NCBI GenBank assembly: GCA_001730085.1
Contig: MDLB01000104.1
Span: 3,117-67,116 of the forward strand
DNA: 64,000 nt
Direction of reading: 5' to 3'
From: PVC group bacterium (ex Bugula neritina AB1)
GTDB lineage: Bacteria > GCA-001730085
Below are positions 32,778-43,489 of this stretch, in pieces. Under the pieces are notes generated by a model, which searched no databases, had not been told where the DNA came from, and saw nothing but the letters and a program-made list of their open reading frames with translations. Both the position numbers and the translations under genes were made by a program. The first letter of the stretch is position 1. Each line of letters begins with the position of its first letter.

Positions 32778-34220
32778 TTACTTTTTCCAAAATTCAGGCG
32801 AAAGAAAAATGATAACTGTAAAAATTTCAAGCCTTCCCATGATCATACAAACAGATAAAATCAACTTACCCAAAGTTGGGATATGTGCATAATTTTCGAC
32901 AGCTCCAACTTTTGCTAAACCTGGACCAATATTAAAAAAACAAGCCAAGACAGACGTTACCGATGTCACAATATCTAAACCCAAAAAGGCCATAAAAAGT
33001 GAGGCTATAAAAATCAAAAATATAGATAAAACAAAAATACTTAAAACACCTTGAACAATATTTTTAGAAACGGGGTTTTTTCTTAGCTTGATTTGAAACA
33101 TCGCACCTGGATAGAGCAAACATCTAAGTTCCCTTAAGGCATATTTCAAAACCAATATTACACGAATAACCTTTAAACCTCCTCCAGTTGATCCAGCACA
33201 GGCACCCATAAACATTAAAAAAAGTAAAATCAATTGAGAAAAAGGAGGCCACTCATTAAAGTCAGCTGTCACAAAGCCTGTAGATGTCGACAAAGAAATG
33301 ACTTGAAAAACAACAAAGCGAAGAGCTTCTCCCAAACTGTCATAGACATTTTTGTATACATTCAAGAAAATCAAAGCCATCGATATTATCAAAATAAAAC
33401 AATAAAATATTAATTCGCTATTTTTAAAAAATGATCTAAAGTCACCTCTAATCAATCTATAATAAAGTGAAAAACTAATCCCTGCTAAAAACATAAAAGC
33501 TATTGTGATAATCTCTATAGGTAAACTATTATAGGCAATCAAGCTTGCATTTTTTGTAGAAAATCCCCCCGTAGCTAATGTACTAAAACCATGACAAACA
33601 GCATCAAAAAAATTCATTCCACAAAAATAAATAAGAACAATATAAATCAATGTGAAAAAGAAATAGATTTTCCATAAGATTTTAGCTGTTGATGCTATTC
33701 TTGGAGTTAACTTATCCTTTAAAGGACCAGGAGCTTCTGCATGAAAAAGCTGCGTCCCTCCAACACCCAACAAAGGCAATATACAAACAGACAAAACAAC
33801 AACACCCATCCCACCTAGCCAATGAGTAAGACTTCTCCATAGTAAAATACTTCGAGGCAAGACTTCTATATCAACTATCGCTGTAGCTCCTGTTGTTGTA
33901 AACCCCGATGCAGATTCAAAAAAAGAAAAAATAAAACTATCAAATACACCTGTAAAAAGATAAGGGATCCCTCCCCAAATACCAACAGTAAACCAAGTCA
34001 AGGTCACAACCGCAAAACCTTCCCTATAACTAATCTCCTCCTTCACAGAGCAAAATTTATAAAGAAGACCCCCACCTGTAGCTAGAATAAAAAAAGTGAG
34101 CAACCAAAGATATTTTGAAGGCTCTTCGTTTAAAAAAGCAACGAAAGTTGACGGTAGCATCGCCAAAGCTATAAAAACAGTGACAATACCCAATGTATTA
34201 ATAATATGACTTGCTCTCAT
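32778..34220 (-). CDS. trkH: Trk-type K+ uptake membrane subunit TrkH
   Basis: 480 aa polytopic membrane protein with TrkH/KtrB-type repeated M1-P-M2 segments containing the conserved GFS/GGF stretches. Directly downstream of trkA. Confidence 0.8.
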   Translation of the reverse strand: MRASHIINTLGIVTVFIALAMLPSTFVAFLNEEPSKYLWLLTFFILATGGGLLYKFCSVKEEISYREGFAVVTLTWFTVGIWGGIPYLFTGVFDSFIFSFFESASGFTTTGATAIVDIEVLPRSILLWRSLTHWLGGMGVVVLSVCILPLLGVGGTQLFHAEAPGPLKDKLTPRIASTAKILWKIYFFFTLIYIVLIYFCGMNFFDAVCHGFSTLATGGFSTKNASLIAYNSLPIEIITIAFMFLAGISFSLYYRLIRGDFRSFFKNSELIFYCFILIISMALIFLNVYKNVYDSLGEALRFVVFQVISLSTSTGFVTADFNEWPPFSQLILLFLMFMGACAGSTGGGLKVIRVILVLKYALRELRCLLYPGAMFQIKLRKNPVSKNIVQGVLSIFVLSIFLIFIASLFMAFLGLDIVTSVTSVLACFFNIGPGLAKVGAVENYAHIPTLGKLILSVCMIMGRLEIFTVIIFLSPEFWKK

Positions 34221-34223
34221 GTT

Positions 34224-35585
34224 TTAAAAAATTCTTTTTCCAAAAATAGCATTTATCTTTTTTTGTGTGTGTGGTAAATAAAAAACAATTAAACGATCTC
34301 CCAATGAAATCATTTGACTTCCTTTCGCAAAAACAACCTTCCCGTCTTGAATAACTGCACCAATAATAGCTCCCGAAGGAAACTTCAAATTCGATATTTT
34401 TTTATTCAAAACTTTGGAATCTTCATCAACAATGATTTCAACAACATCCGCGTTGATATGATGCAATGTCGCAACAGATGCAACACTACTTTTCCGCAAA
34501 AACTTCACGATTGTATTTATAACAACAGGCTTAACATCAAAAACGCCATCAATTTTCATCATCGTTGGTAAAATATCAAGATATTCTGATTTTTGAACTA
34601 AACAGTAACTTTTTTTAACTAACATTTGCTTTGTTAAAACACAGGAAAGAATATTATTTTCATCATTATCTGTAACAGCAACAAAAGCATCAACATCCGG
34701 CAAGTCTAATTGCCCTAAAAGTTCTGGCTCAGTAGAGGACCCATGAAAAACAATCGTTTTAGAAAGATGATCCGAAACTTGCGCAGCTTTATCTTCATTC
34801 TTCTCAATCAGTTTAACTTCTATCTTTTCCTTTTCCAACATCTGGGCTAAATGAAAGCCAATAGCATTTCCTCCAGCAATAACAACTTTTTTAGGCAAAC
34901 AAGACTCTATTTTAAAAAAGTCCATAATAGAAAAAGAGCTTTCTCTTGTACAAATAAAAAAAACCTCATCACCTTCCTCAAAGAAGTCATCCCCACAGGG
35001 AATCGAAACATTTCCAGCTCTTGAAAAAGCAACAAATCGGATTTCAGAGTCTTCAATCCCCTTAAACTCTTTTAGTGGTATTTTCACAAGTGGACAATTT
35101 TTAGGAATCCGCAACCCTCCCAAAGTCACCTCTCCACCTGCAAAGTTAACTTGCTCTGTGATACCCATAGACATAATAGAATTATAAAAATCTAAAGCAC
35201 AAGAATACTCTGGATTAACAATGCAGTCTATCCCCATCCTAGATAAATACTCTTCCGACCTTAAAGGAAAGTACATTTCGACATTATTCGTTATTCTAGC
35301 GATTTTCTTAGAAACACCGTAATATTTAGCCATTGTACAGGCAACAATATTGGCTTCATCTGAGTTGCTCAACGCCAACAGCATATCGGCTTGCTCAATA
35401 CCTGCTTCTATCAAAACTTCAGCAGAAGCTCCATTCCCTCTAACGGTTAAAACATCATAGGTTTTTTCAAATTTTTTTAATATTGAATTTTTAATATCAA
35501 TCACAACAATGTCATGGTCTTCTTGTATCAAACGTTCAGCGATATAAAAACCAAACGACCCTGCACCCATAATGATGACTCTCAC
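34224..35585 (-). CDS. trkA: Trk system NAD-binding peripheral subunit TrkA
   Basis: 453 aa with two Rossmann KTN modules (MRVIIMGAGSFGFYIAERL... and KKVVIAGGNAIGFHLAQML), each followed by a TrkA-C domain. Confidence 0.85.
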   Translation of the reverse strand: MRVIIMGAGSFGFYIAERLIQEDHDIVVIDIKNSILKKFEKTYDVLTVRGNGASAEVLIEAGIEQADMLLALSNSDEANIVACTMAKYYGVSKKIARITNNVEMYFPLRSEEYLSRMGIDCIVNPEYSCALDFYNSIMSMGITEQVNFAGGEVTLGGLRIPKNCPLVKIPLKEFKGIEDSEIRFVAFSRAGNVSIPCGDDFFEEGDEVFFICTRESSFSIMDFFKIESCLPKKVVIAGGNAIGFHLAQMLEKEKIEVKLIEKNEDKAAQVSDHLSKTIVFHGSSTEPELLGQLDLPDVDAFVAVTDNDENNILSCVLTKQMLVKKSYCLVQKSEYLDILPTMMKIDGVFDVKPVVINTIVKFLRKSSVASVATLHHINADVVEIIVDEDSKVLNKKISNLKFPSGAIIGAVIQDGKVVFAKGSQMISLGDRLIVFYLPHTQKKINAIFGKRIF

Positions 35586-35602
35586 TCAAAATCTCCCTGT
35601 TT

Positions 35603-36355
35603 TTATAATCTTTTTAAACTGTCTTTAGGTATCCACCCCCTCAATTGAGAAGATGTTTTCACTTCAAGCCAAGAACCTGATTTTTGCAAAACACGGCAAG
35701 TTATTCCTTCGGGCAAAACTTCTTGCCCGATAAATTTTTTAGCAGGAGCCTCTCTTAACTTTACAGAAGATTGTACAACAATCCCCTTCTTAGGATTTCT
35801 TAAATAAAAAACATTCATAGCTATAAAAAAATCACAGATCAAAAAAATAGAAAAAAATAAAAATAAAAAATAATGCATTCTAGAAGAAGATTTATTGGCT
35901 AACCTAAAGACAATAACAACCCAAAAAGCTAAGTAACTAAACAGAGAGAAAAATATCCATATATTTAATGAAAAAATCTGTACAAATTTAAAAACCCACC
36001 CCTCTAGAAATGACACTTCCAACCTTCTTGGCAAACCAGACTTCTTTAGCGCAAAATTAAGATTATCTAAAATAGATTGATCTGCGGCATCGTACTGACG
36101 AGCTTTTTCTAAAGCCCAAATTCCCAAGGAGTATTGGCTCTGAGAAATGAATGCTGTTCCTAAGTTATAAAAAATGGAAGCATTTTGATAGCCCTTTCGG
36201 ATCATAAGATCATACTGCTGTATCGCCTGATCAAAACGTTTATCTTGATAAAACGACTCTGCTTTCCTAAAATAACTCTCAAAGTCTTCTTTCTCCTTGC
36301 CCTCCACAAAAGGACATAAAGACAAGAAAAGAAAAGTTAAAATAAAGTGCTTCAT
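35603..36355 (-). CDS. batE: BatE-like TPR + SH3b-domain protein, last gene of the Bat operon
   Basis: 250 aa with a signal peptide. TPR-like N-terminus (YQNASIFYNLGTAFISQSQYSLGIWALEKARQYD). Middle TM helices. C-terminal SH3b-like tail (GITCRVLQKSGSWLEVKTSSQLRGWIPKDSL). Confidence 0.55.
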   Translation of the reverse strand: MKHFILTFLFLSLCPFVEGKEKEDFESYFRKAESFYQDKRFDQAIQQYDLMIRKGYQNASIFYNLGTAFISQSQYSLGIWALEKARQYDAADQSILDNLNFALKKSGLPRRLEVSFLEGWVFKFVQIFSLNIWIFFSLFSYLAFWVVIVFRLANKSSSRMHYFLFLFFSIFLICDFFIAMNVFYLRNPKKGIVVQSSVKLREAPAKKFIGQEVLPEGITCRVLQKSGSWLEVKTSSQLRGWIPKDSLKRL

Positions 36356-38235
36356 TTACCTACAACCTTTTCTATCTGTTTCAATATATTTTTCAACTTA
36401 TCTATATCCGCATTTATCATGACATCAACATCCTCACCACCAAACCTAGCATAACTTGCCGAATTCAAAACTTTTTCCAAATCCTTAACAAGTTTTTCCG
36501 AAACATGATTGTTATATAAAATTTTGGATATTTCTAACCACGTCAAAGACTGCTCTGGAACATTTAAACGCTCTCCAACATAATTTCTTATAATATCACT
36601 CAGCTCTGTGTAAAAAATTTGCTGAGACTTTTTCTGCGAAGATATTTGCTCTAATGAATTTAAAGCTTTCGCAAGAGCTCTTTTGCTCTTCTTTTTAGAA
36701 TCTGAACGTTTAGACTTATATTTTTTTGCAAAAAAACTCCCTAAAACAGCGATCAAGGGACACATCGTAAAAAAAATCAACAGATTTCTTTTGCTCCATA
36801 TCTGCCATAAAGAGAGAGACCTTCCTAGGTCTTTTCTTAAATATCTTAGATTCTCTATAGAGCTCTTAGATATTCTCGTCTCCTTATTTTCTTGAACTTC
36901 ACCATAATCTAAAACTTTTTCCGAAGAAGGTCCTGTCGAAGGTTTAACTTTCAATATAAATGAATCAGTCTTAACTGTTTTGTAAATTTTTTCTTCTGGA
37001 TTAAAAAAAGTTAGACTCAACGAAGGAACCTGCAAATCTCCTTCTTCTTCCGGAACAAAAACGATTTCATAACTTTTTTTAGAAAAGAAAGAGAAATCTT
37101 TTTCAGAAACAAAGTCAAATTTAGGATCTGTCTCATAACTTTGCACCCCTTTTATTTTAGGCATTTTGGGCAAACTTGCACCTTTAACCCAACCCTTTCC
37201 TCCAAAAGAAACTTTTAAATTAACCGCCTGCCCCACTTTCACAGGAATTTTATCATTTTCTCTCGTTAAAAATATTTCAAAAGATCCGACACTTCCACAA
37301 AAATCATCCGGTTGAACTGCGGGAAGAGAATTAACTTTTAAAGAAATAGGAGAGGTTCTTAAACGTACCTCCTTACCACTATTCATGTTTATAAAGCTAT
37401 CAAAAAAACTATCTAAGTCAAAAAGAGTGCTCCCTCTTCGTTGAGAGTTAGGAAAAATACAATCAACATAAGCAGATCCAACCTTAAGGGAGCCTGCCTT
37501 CATTGGAAAAAGTGCTGCATGAATAGAGGTAACGTGATAGCGAACACCATCAACAAACTCATAATACTCTTTTACTGGGCGAATATCTTGTACCCAAAAA
37601 TCTTGTAAATCAGGTGGGTTATAATCAACATCACCTAAAGTGGATACACGACGATAAAAAGAAAATGTGAATGTAACTTGTTCATAAATAAAACATTCTT
37701 TCTTATCTAACTCGGCTTTCACAAAAGCTAAGTCACTGTTTTTATCTTGCGAAGAAGCCGGAGTATTTAAATTCGCATTAGGAGATTTCCGAGAAGATTG
37801 GCGAGAAAGTTGATTCGCTCTCTGATTATATCCAGAAACAGATGTTTGATAATTGGGATTATACCCTTTTTTGATCTCAATATTAAAAGCTTCTGATTCA
37901 TATTTTTGCCCCCCTACAAGGACAACTGTTGGAGAAATTTCATAAACCCCTGCAGATTCAGGCTTCAATTGGTAAGCAATATCATATCGATTACTCTTCG
38001 TCCCATTAATAAAAGACATTTGAGATTGATTCCGTGTTCTCCTAGCAGAAAAACCATTAAAAACAGGAAACTTAGGATTTTTAATCCTTTCTCCCTCAGT
38101 GATAATGGTCAAAGAATAGGTTATCGTTTCATCCATATACACCAAGTTTTTGTCTATAGATGCTCGCACATCAATATTTCCAAATAATAAACTTGCCTGA
38201 ATAAAAAAATAAACCGCTATGAAAAAAAATCTCAC
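36352..38235 (-). CDS. batD: BatD-like secreted/membrane protein
   Basis: 627 aa with an N-terminal signal peptide and a C-terminal TM helix (LLIFFTMCPLIAVLGSFFA) followed by a basic tail. It occupies the position and has the size expected for BatD in bat operons. Confidence 0.55.
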   Translation of the reverse strand: MRFFFIAVYFFIQASLLFGNIDVRASIDKNLVYMDETITYSLTIITEGERIKNPKFPVFNGFSARRTRNQSQMSFINGTKSNRYDIAYQLKPESAGVYEISPTVVLVGGQKYESEAFNIEIKKGYNPNYQTSVSGYNQRANQLSRQSSRKSPNANLNTPASSQDKNSDLAFVKAELDKKECFIYEQVTFTFSFYRRVSTLGDVDYNPPDLQDFWVQDIRPVKEYYEFVDGVRYHVTSIHAALFPMKAGSLKVGSAYVDCIFPNSQRRGSTLFDLDSFFDSFINMNSGKEVRLRTSPISLKVNSLPAVQPDDFCGSVGSFEIFLTRENDKIPVKVGQAVNLKVSFGGKGWVKGASLPKMPKIKGVQSYETDPKFDFVSEKDFSFFSKKSYEIVFVPEEEGDLQVPSLSLTFFNPEEKIYKTVKTDSFILKVKPSTGPSSEKVLDYGEVQENKETRISKSSIENLRYLRKDLGRSLSLWQIWSKRNLLIFFTMCPLIAVLGSFFAKKYKSKRSDSKKKSKRALAKALNSLEQISSQKKSQQIFYTELSDIIRNYVGERLNVPEQSLTWLEISKILYNNHVSEKLVKDLEKVLNSASYARFGGEDVDVMINADIDKLKNILKQIEKVVGK

Positions 38236-38377
38236 TTTTTTCTCCTTTTTCTAGCCGAAGAGACTTTCAAGATATTAAGACTATTGTAAAATACATCATG
38301 AACTCTCTTGAGGCTTTTAAAAAAATATAATCTTTCTTTAATCGTTTGATTTTTTGTAAACACTTATAAAATCCTTG

Positions 38378-39493
38378 TCACCAATCTTTGGCGACTCTTT
38401 TTTTGTCTGTGCCACGTCTTTGCCTTTTTAAGAAAATTTTGCGTTGCAAATCAGAGCTTTCCGAAATTTGGTTCAAAAAATTCATGGCTTCTTTTTGAGA
38501 GAAATACTGTCCCTTTTCTCTATCTGCGGTATCTTTTTCTTTAGAAAAAGCATGCCCTGAACTTTCATCATTACTTTCCTCATTTTCGACAGAAGAGTCA
38601 TTTCTCTCTTTTTTTTCCCTATTTTCATCTTGCTGAGAACTCGCTCCCTTTTTTTGTCTTTCTTTTTCATTTTCCAACGAGTCAGAGTCCTTTTTTTCCT
38701 GTCCTAAACTTCTCTGATTTTTTAACTCTTCTTCTTTATCATTTTTTTGATCTTTTTTTTCAGAAGAGCTCTCTTCTCCTGATTGATCTGTATCCTTATT
38801 TTGAGCTTGAAGCGAACCTTCATTTCGAGATGAATCATTATCATCTCCTGAATCCTTCTGACTCATAGAGGATTTTTGCTTGGAATCTTTATTTTTTTCT
38901 TCATTTTTCGAAGTTTCAAACGAGCCATTTGAAGAGTCATTCTTGTCACATTGCCCTTTTTGGTCTTTTTGATCACTAAAAGACGAAGTCTTATCCTTTT
39001 GTAAATTTTCCTGCTGATTTTCTTTCTCTTCCCCTTTCGAATTTTTTTCTTTTGAGTCTTTATTAGAAGAATCTTTCAGCTTTTTTTCAATAAACTCTAA
39101 GTTATATTTGGCATCATAAAGATCTGGAGAATGATCTAATGCAATCCGATAGGATTTTTGCGCCATCAACAAATCACCCTTCCTGAACCAAGCATGGCCC
39201 TGTTGTAAATAAGACAAATGAGACAAAGGCTTTTCATTTTCAAAATTTTTAGCATTTTTTAAAACATCATCATACACCCCCCTTTGATAGTCAACCAAAC
39301 CGAGGTTATATAATATTCTTCCTTTTTTTTGTTTCTTTTGCAAAAGCTCTTTGTACAATTCACTGGCTTCAACATATTTTTTTGCTTTCAATAGTTCACA
39401 AGCTTCCTTTTCTTTTTTTTCCCAAGGCCAACGAAACCCAAGCTGAAAACTTAGTAATATTACTCCAATTAAAACAAGAAAATCTCTATACAT
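38378..39493 (-). CDS. batC: BatC-like TPR protein with a ~230 aa K/E/S/D-rich low-complexity C-terminal tail
   Basis: N-terminal signal/TM segment plus TPR repeats (ASELYKELLQKKQKKGRILYNLGLVDYQRGVYDD...QQGHAWFRKGDLLMAQKSYRIAL). The low-complexity tail spans ~38378-39070. Confidence 0.55.
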   Translation of the reverse strand: MYRDFLVLIGVILLSFQLGFRWPWEKKEKEACELLKAKKYVEASELYKELLQKKQKKGRILYNLGLVDYQRGVYDDVLKNAKNFENEKPLSHLSYLQQGHAWFRKGDLLMAQKSYRIALDHSPDLYDAKYNLEFIEKKLKDSSNKDSKEKNSKGEEKENQQENLQKDKTSSFSDQKDQKGQCDKNDSSNGSFETSKNEEKNKDSKQKSSMSQKDSGDDNDSSRNEGSLQAQNKDTDQSGEESSSEKKDQKNDKEEELKNQRSLGQEKKDSDSLENEKERQKKGASSQQDENREKKERNDSSVENEESNDESSGHAFSKEKDTADREKGQYFSQKEAMNFLNQISESSDLQRKIFLKRQRRGTDKKRVAKDW

Positions 39494-40521
39494 TATATTT
39501 TCTCTCTTGTTTTACGCCGAACCAAAATAATGCTCTCTAAAAATAGCAAAATAAAAACAATCCATAAACAATACTGATAGCGATCTTCATGAGTAATAAC
39601 CAACCGACTTTCCATGTCCTTTTTTTCTAGCTGTGAAATTTTTTCATAAATGGATTTTAAACTCCATGATCCTTCTGTGCCTCGAAGAAAAGCACCTTTA
39701 GTTATTTTAGAGATTTTTTTCAAAATATTATCATCAACCTTAGACATAACCACCGAACCATTGTCATCCTTTTTATACGAAATCAAATTCCCGCTAGAGT
39801 CTAAAATGGGAATAGGAGAACCTGCTTCTTTACCCAAACCTACAGTATAAATCCTTATATTTTTTTTCGCTGCCCATTCAGCTTTTTTAATAGCTAAACC
39901 TTCATGATCTTCTCCATCTGTGATAAGAATAATAGCTTTTGAAACATTTGAGTCTTTATCAAAGGCTTTACAGCTAATATCAATAGCTTCTGATAAAGAT
40001 GTTCCTTTCATAGAAACACTTTCAAAATCAACTAAAGATAGCAACATCTTTGTCATTGACCTATCAGAAGTTAAAGGGCACTGAACAAACGCTTTTCCCG
40101 CAAAAACGACCAATGCCATTCTATCCTCTTTCATTTTTTTAATAAGCAACGCAACTTCTTGTTTCGCTTTTTGTAATCGCGTAGGATAAATATCTTGAGC
40201 CATCATGCTCAAAGAAGTATCTATCGCAACAACAATATCAAGACCTTTTCTTTTGGCCTTCAACGTTTGTTCACCCATTTGCGGACGTGTCAAACAAATC
40301 AAAATAACCGCCCCCACTAGAGACAATAAAATCATTTTAATAAAATAGTTGCGATGACTTATCTCAAAAGGTAAAAAAGAACCAAAATTAACTTGATTCC
40401 AATACCTCTGAACCCTACGACGTTGATAAAAAGTCAACACAACAAAGCCAGAGTTTAATAGCACAAAAATAGCAAGAATAATCCATATCCATGGATCTTC
40501 AAAACGGAAAATAATTATCAC
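39493..40521 (-). CDS. batB: BatB-like von Willebrand factor A membrane protein
   Basis: 342 aa. N-terminal TM helices then a VWA domain with MIDAS DxSxS (VVAIDTSLSM). C-terminal TM helix. Confidence 0.7.
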   Translation of the reverse strand: MIIIFRFEDPWIWIILAIFVLLNSGFVVLTFYQRRRVQRYWNQVNFGSFLPFEISHRNYFIKMILLSLVGAVILICLTRPQMGEQTLKAKRKGLDIVVAIDTSLSMMAQDIYPTRLQKAKQEVALLIKKMKEDRMALVVFAGKAFVQCPLTSDRSMTKMLLSLVDFESVSMKGTSLSEAIDISCKAFDKDSNVSKAIILITDGEDHEGLAIKKAEWAAKKNIRIYTVGLGKEAGSPIPILDSSGNLISYKKDDNGSVVMSKVDDNILKKISKITKGAFLRGTEGSWSLKSIYEKISQLEKKDMESRLVITHEDRYQYCLWIVFILLFLESIILVRRKTREKI

Positions 40522-40543
40522 CTCCTAAATATAATTCTTTTAG

Positions 40544-41524
40544 CTATTCTGGATAACGACGATTTATCCAATATGTCCAAATATACTCTAAAAAAATCAA
40601 GAAAAACCCTATCCATAACAAATAAAAAAAATATTCCTTATATTGACGATATTGCTTCAATTTAATATCTGTTTTTTCCAATTCATTAATATCATCATAT
40701 ATTTTCTTCAATTCCTCTTTTTTTTCTGCTCTAAAGTATTTTCCCCCGCTCTCATTAGCTAAATCTTTTAAACCTTTTTCATTAAATCTGGCATCAACAT
40801 AAGTCTTATGCGTCCTTCCAAAAGGGTCAACAACAGGATAGAGAACTTTCCCTTTTTTTCCTATGCCAATACTATAAACCTTAATATCTAAAGATTTAGC
40901 CAGTTTAGCGACAACCAATGGATCTACTCCACCAGCATTATTTTCACCATCAGACAACAAAATAACTATCCGACTTTTAGCTTCACTTTTACTCAATTTT
41001 TTAACAGCCGTAGCTACAGCAAGCCCAATAGCTGTTCCATCTTCGATCTCACCGATTTGTATTTTTTGAATAAGATCTAAAAGAACTTTATGATCTGTGG
41101 TTAATGGGCACTGCGTATAGGCTAAAGAAGAAAAAACAACAGAACCAATCCGATCATGTTTTCGCATCTTTACAAATTCGGCAATCACGTCTTTGGATGC
41201 CTCTAAACGATTTTGAGGTTGAAAATCAAGGGCTTTCATACTAGAAGAAGTATCTATGGCAAGCATAATATCAACCCCTCGGGTCAAAGACTCCTCAATG
41301 TATGATACCCGTTGAGGTCTCGCCATCGCCAAAACAAGAAAAAACCAAGCCGCACAACGCAATCCAACAACAAAGTTATCCTTAAAAGCATGAGGTTTTT
41401 GCAGCTCTAAAAGAGATGTGTTCGAATATGGCAAAGTTGCTAAGGGCTTACGCTTCATCCACCAAATCAAAAAAGGGATATTCAACCATAGAAGAAGCCA
41501 CCAAGGCGAAGCTAAGATCGGCAT
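40544..41524 (-). CDS. batA: BatA-like von Willebrand factor A membrane protein
   Basis: 326 aa. N-terminal TM helices, VWA MIDAS (MLAIDTSSSM), C-terminal TM helix. Confidence 0.7.
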   Translation of the reverse strand: MPILASPWWLLLWLNIPFLIWWMKRKPLATLPYSNTSLLELQKPHAFKDNFVVGLRCAAWFFLVLAMARPQRVSYIEESLTRGVDIMLAIDTSSSMKALDFQPQNRLEASKDVIAEFVKMRKHDRIGSVVFSSLAYTQCPLTTDHKVLLDLIQKIQIGEIEDGTAIGLAVATAVKKLSKSEAKSRIVILLSDGENNAGGVDPLVVAKLAKSLDIKVYSIGIGKKGKVLYPVVDPFGRTHKTYVDARFNEKGLKDLANESGGKYFRAEKKEELKKIYDDINELEKTDIKLKQYRQYKEYFFYLLWIGFFLIFLEYIWTYWINRRYPE

Positions 41525-42600
41525 AATATTTTTTCCCCTTCAGAAAGATCTTTATCTTTCTCAGATGTTCTTTCGACAATGGACTTCGCCTGAGCAATAG
41601 AATCCATACAGTTTTGAAGCAAGGCCTCTTTTTTAGCAAATTTAACTAAATCGGCATACTGATTTAAGATTTTAACATCCTTCAATATCTCTCTTCTCAC
41701 GTGCTTTTTTAAACGGACAAGAAGCTCTTCAGAAGTTGATTCTTCTGCAGGAAAATGAAATCTCCTTTCAAAGTAAACTCTCAAAATAGATGTCAATTTT
41801 TCGTAAAATTTTTTTTGTGTATCAAAGTCTTCAATCTTTAAAGCTTTCAAAGCTTGCAAAGCTTCTTTATCAGGTAAAATAAGAGGCATAATAGGCTCTT
41901 TAGACACAGATTTCTTTTTACTAAAAAGTTTAGAAGCAAAATAGAGAAGAGCTATAAAAAAAACTAAGATAATAAAAAGTAAAAACCATGAAACCGGCTC
42001 TGGTTCAAAAGGAACCATCCGGTCTCTAATATCTTGAACAACTTCCTTTGGAGGTACAACAGAAACCACTTCCACTCTGACAGGTTCATGATCTAAAAAG
42101 ACTTGTTCTCCAGAAGGCAACTCAATTAAAGCGCGGAAAGGTCCTAGTTTATGCTCCCCAAGTTTATAAGAAGTCACAATATAGTCATAACGGATAAATT
42201 CTTGCCCATCACCTTGGACCTCAGGCTTGTAACAAACATAGTCTTTCAAGTGCATATTCTCTAAAATTTTTTTTGTATCAAGAGGTTTAATTTCAGTATT
42301 GGGAGGAACAAAAAATTTGACCACAATAACAGCCCTATCTCCAATCGTCATCTTTTCACGGTCAACATCAACCATCATTTTAGAGGCTTCTTCTGCCATG
42401 ACTAAAGATGTACAACTCATGGATACAAAGATAAAAAACCATACAGGTAATCTCGGTAAAAAAGCTCTACGTCTTATCGTTGATACTGGAAAAAAAAGGC
42501 TTGTAGGTTTTGCAAACAATAGCCATTTCGTCAAAGAAAGCAATATCTCAAAAACACAGTCAACAAAAATAAAAGTCTTTTTTCGACAGTCTTTTATCAT
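41512..42600 (-). CDS. Hypothetical membrane protein that occupies the conserved slot between the DUF58 gene and batA
   Basis: 362 aa with TM helices. Its ATG overlaps the DUF58 stop (ATGA). The start codon is uncertain, and a downstream Met is possible. Confidence 0.45.
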   Translation of the reverse strand: MIKDCRKKTFIFVDCVFEILLSLTKWLLFAKPTSLFFPVSTIRRRAFLPRLPVWFFIFVSMSCTSLVMAEEASKMMVDVDREKMTIGDRAVIVVKFFVPPNTEIKPLDTKKILENMHLKDYVCYKPEVQGDGQEFIRYDYIVTSYKLGEHKLGPFRALIELPSGEQVFLDHEPVRVEVVSVVPPKEVVQDIRDRMVPFEPEPVSWFLLFIILVFFIALLYFASKLFSKKKSVSKEPIMPLILPDKEALQALKALKIEDFDTQKKFYEKLTSILRVYFERRFHFPAEESTSEELLVRLKKHVRREILKDVKILNQYADLVKFAKKEALLQNCMDSIAQAKSIVERTSEKDKDLSEGEKILCRS

Positions 42601-43472
42601 TTGTAGCGACCTCTTTTTTTGAAAAAAGCCACGATGGATTTAGCATAAGATTCATTCGTTGAAAGATCTATCGCATCCAATTTTAACCTATTAAAAATAT
42701 CGCGTCTTTGTGTTCGATACTCTTCAATTTTTTTAGAGAAAGATTTACGAAATATAGAAGAAGAAGTATCCGTCTCCAATATTTTTTGTGTTTCCAAGTC
42801 TTCCCAAAGGATTTTTCCCATAAAAGGGATTTCTTTCTCCATCGGGTCTAGAAAAACCACAGGTATAACATCATGACGCAAAGAGCTACTGCGCAAATAA
42901 GTTTCATAATTTTCCGACCAAAAATCTGAAACAACAAAAAGGATCGTCTTTTTACGAACAGCACGGTTAAAACAATCAAGAGCTTTAGCCAAGTTTGTCT
43001 TTCGGTAAGATGCCTCATAACATAAGATATCTCTAATCATACGCAAAATATGTTGCTTATTTTTACGAGGAGGAACATATTTTTCAACTTGTTCAGAAAA
43101 AGACATAAACCCAACCTTATCACCATTCCTTAAAGCAGAAAAAGCAAGCAAAGCCACAACTTCAGCGGCCATATCTTTCTTTGACACTATAGAACTAGCG
43201 AAACGCATAGAAGCGCTCATATCCACAAGAAACATTACTGTGCACTCTCGCTCTTCTGTGAATTTCTTGATAAAAGGTTTATTTTGCCGAGCAGAAACGT
43301 TCCAGTCTATCAATCTCACATCATCTCCATATTCGTACTCTCTAAGCTCGCTAAACTCGATACCTTGTCCTTTAAAGGCACTCTCATAGCCACCTGATAG
43401 TGAGCCTGAAACTAGATGATTTGTGATAATTTCAACACGTCTTATTTTTTGAAATATTTCTTGAGGAATCAT
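42597..43472 (-). CDS. DUF58-family protein, the MoxR-associated VWA-like partner
   Basis: 291 aa. Hallmark GQGIEFSELREYEYGDDVRLIDWNVSAR. Confidence 0.8.
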   Translation of the reverse strand: MIPQEIFQKIRRVEIITNHLVSGSLSGGYESAFKGQGIEFSELREYEYGDDVRLIDWNVSARQNKPFIKKFTEERECTVMFLVDMSASMRFASSIVSKKDMAAEVVALLAFSALRNGDKVGFMSFSEQVEKYVPPRKNKQHILRMIRDILCYEASYRKTNLAKALDCFNRAVRKKTILFVVSDFWSENYETYLRSSSLRHDVIPVVFLDPMEKEIPFMGKILWEDLETQKILETDTSSSIFRKSFSKKIEEYRTQRRDIFNRLKLDAIDLSTNESYAKSIVAFFKKRGRYK

Positions 43473-43489
43473 GACTTGACCTTAAAATA

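Noticed and set aside
38482-38670. 62-aa K-rich ORF inside batC (and similar nested ORFs 44359..44574, 45323..45505, 47826..48020, 48761..48955, 50194..50379)
   Set aside because: Alternate-frame artefacts within the low-complexity coding regions of confidently assigned genes.
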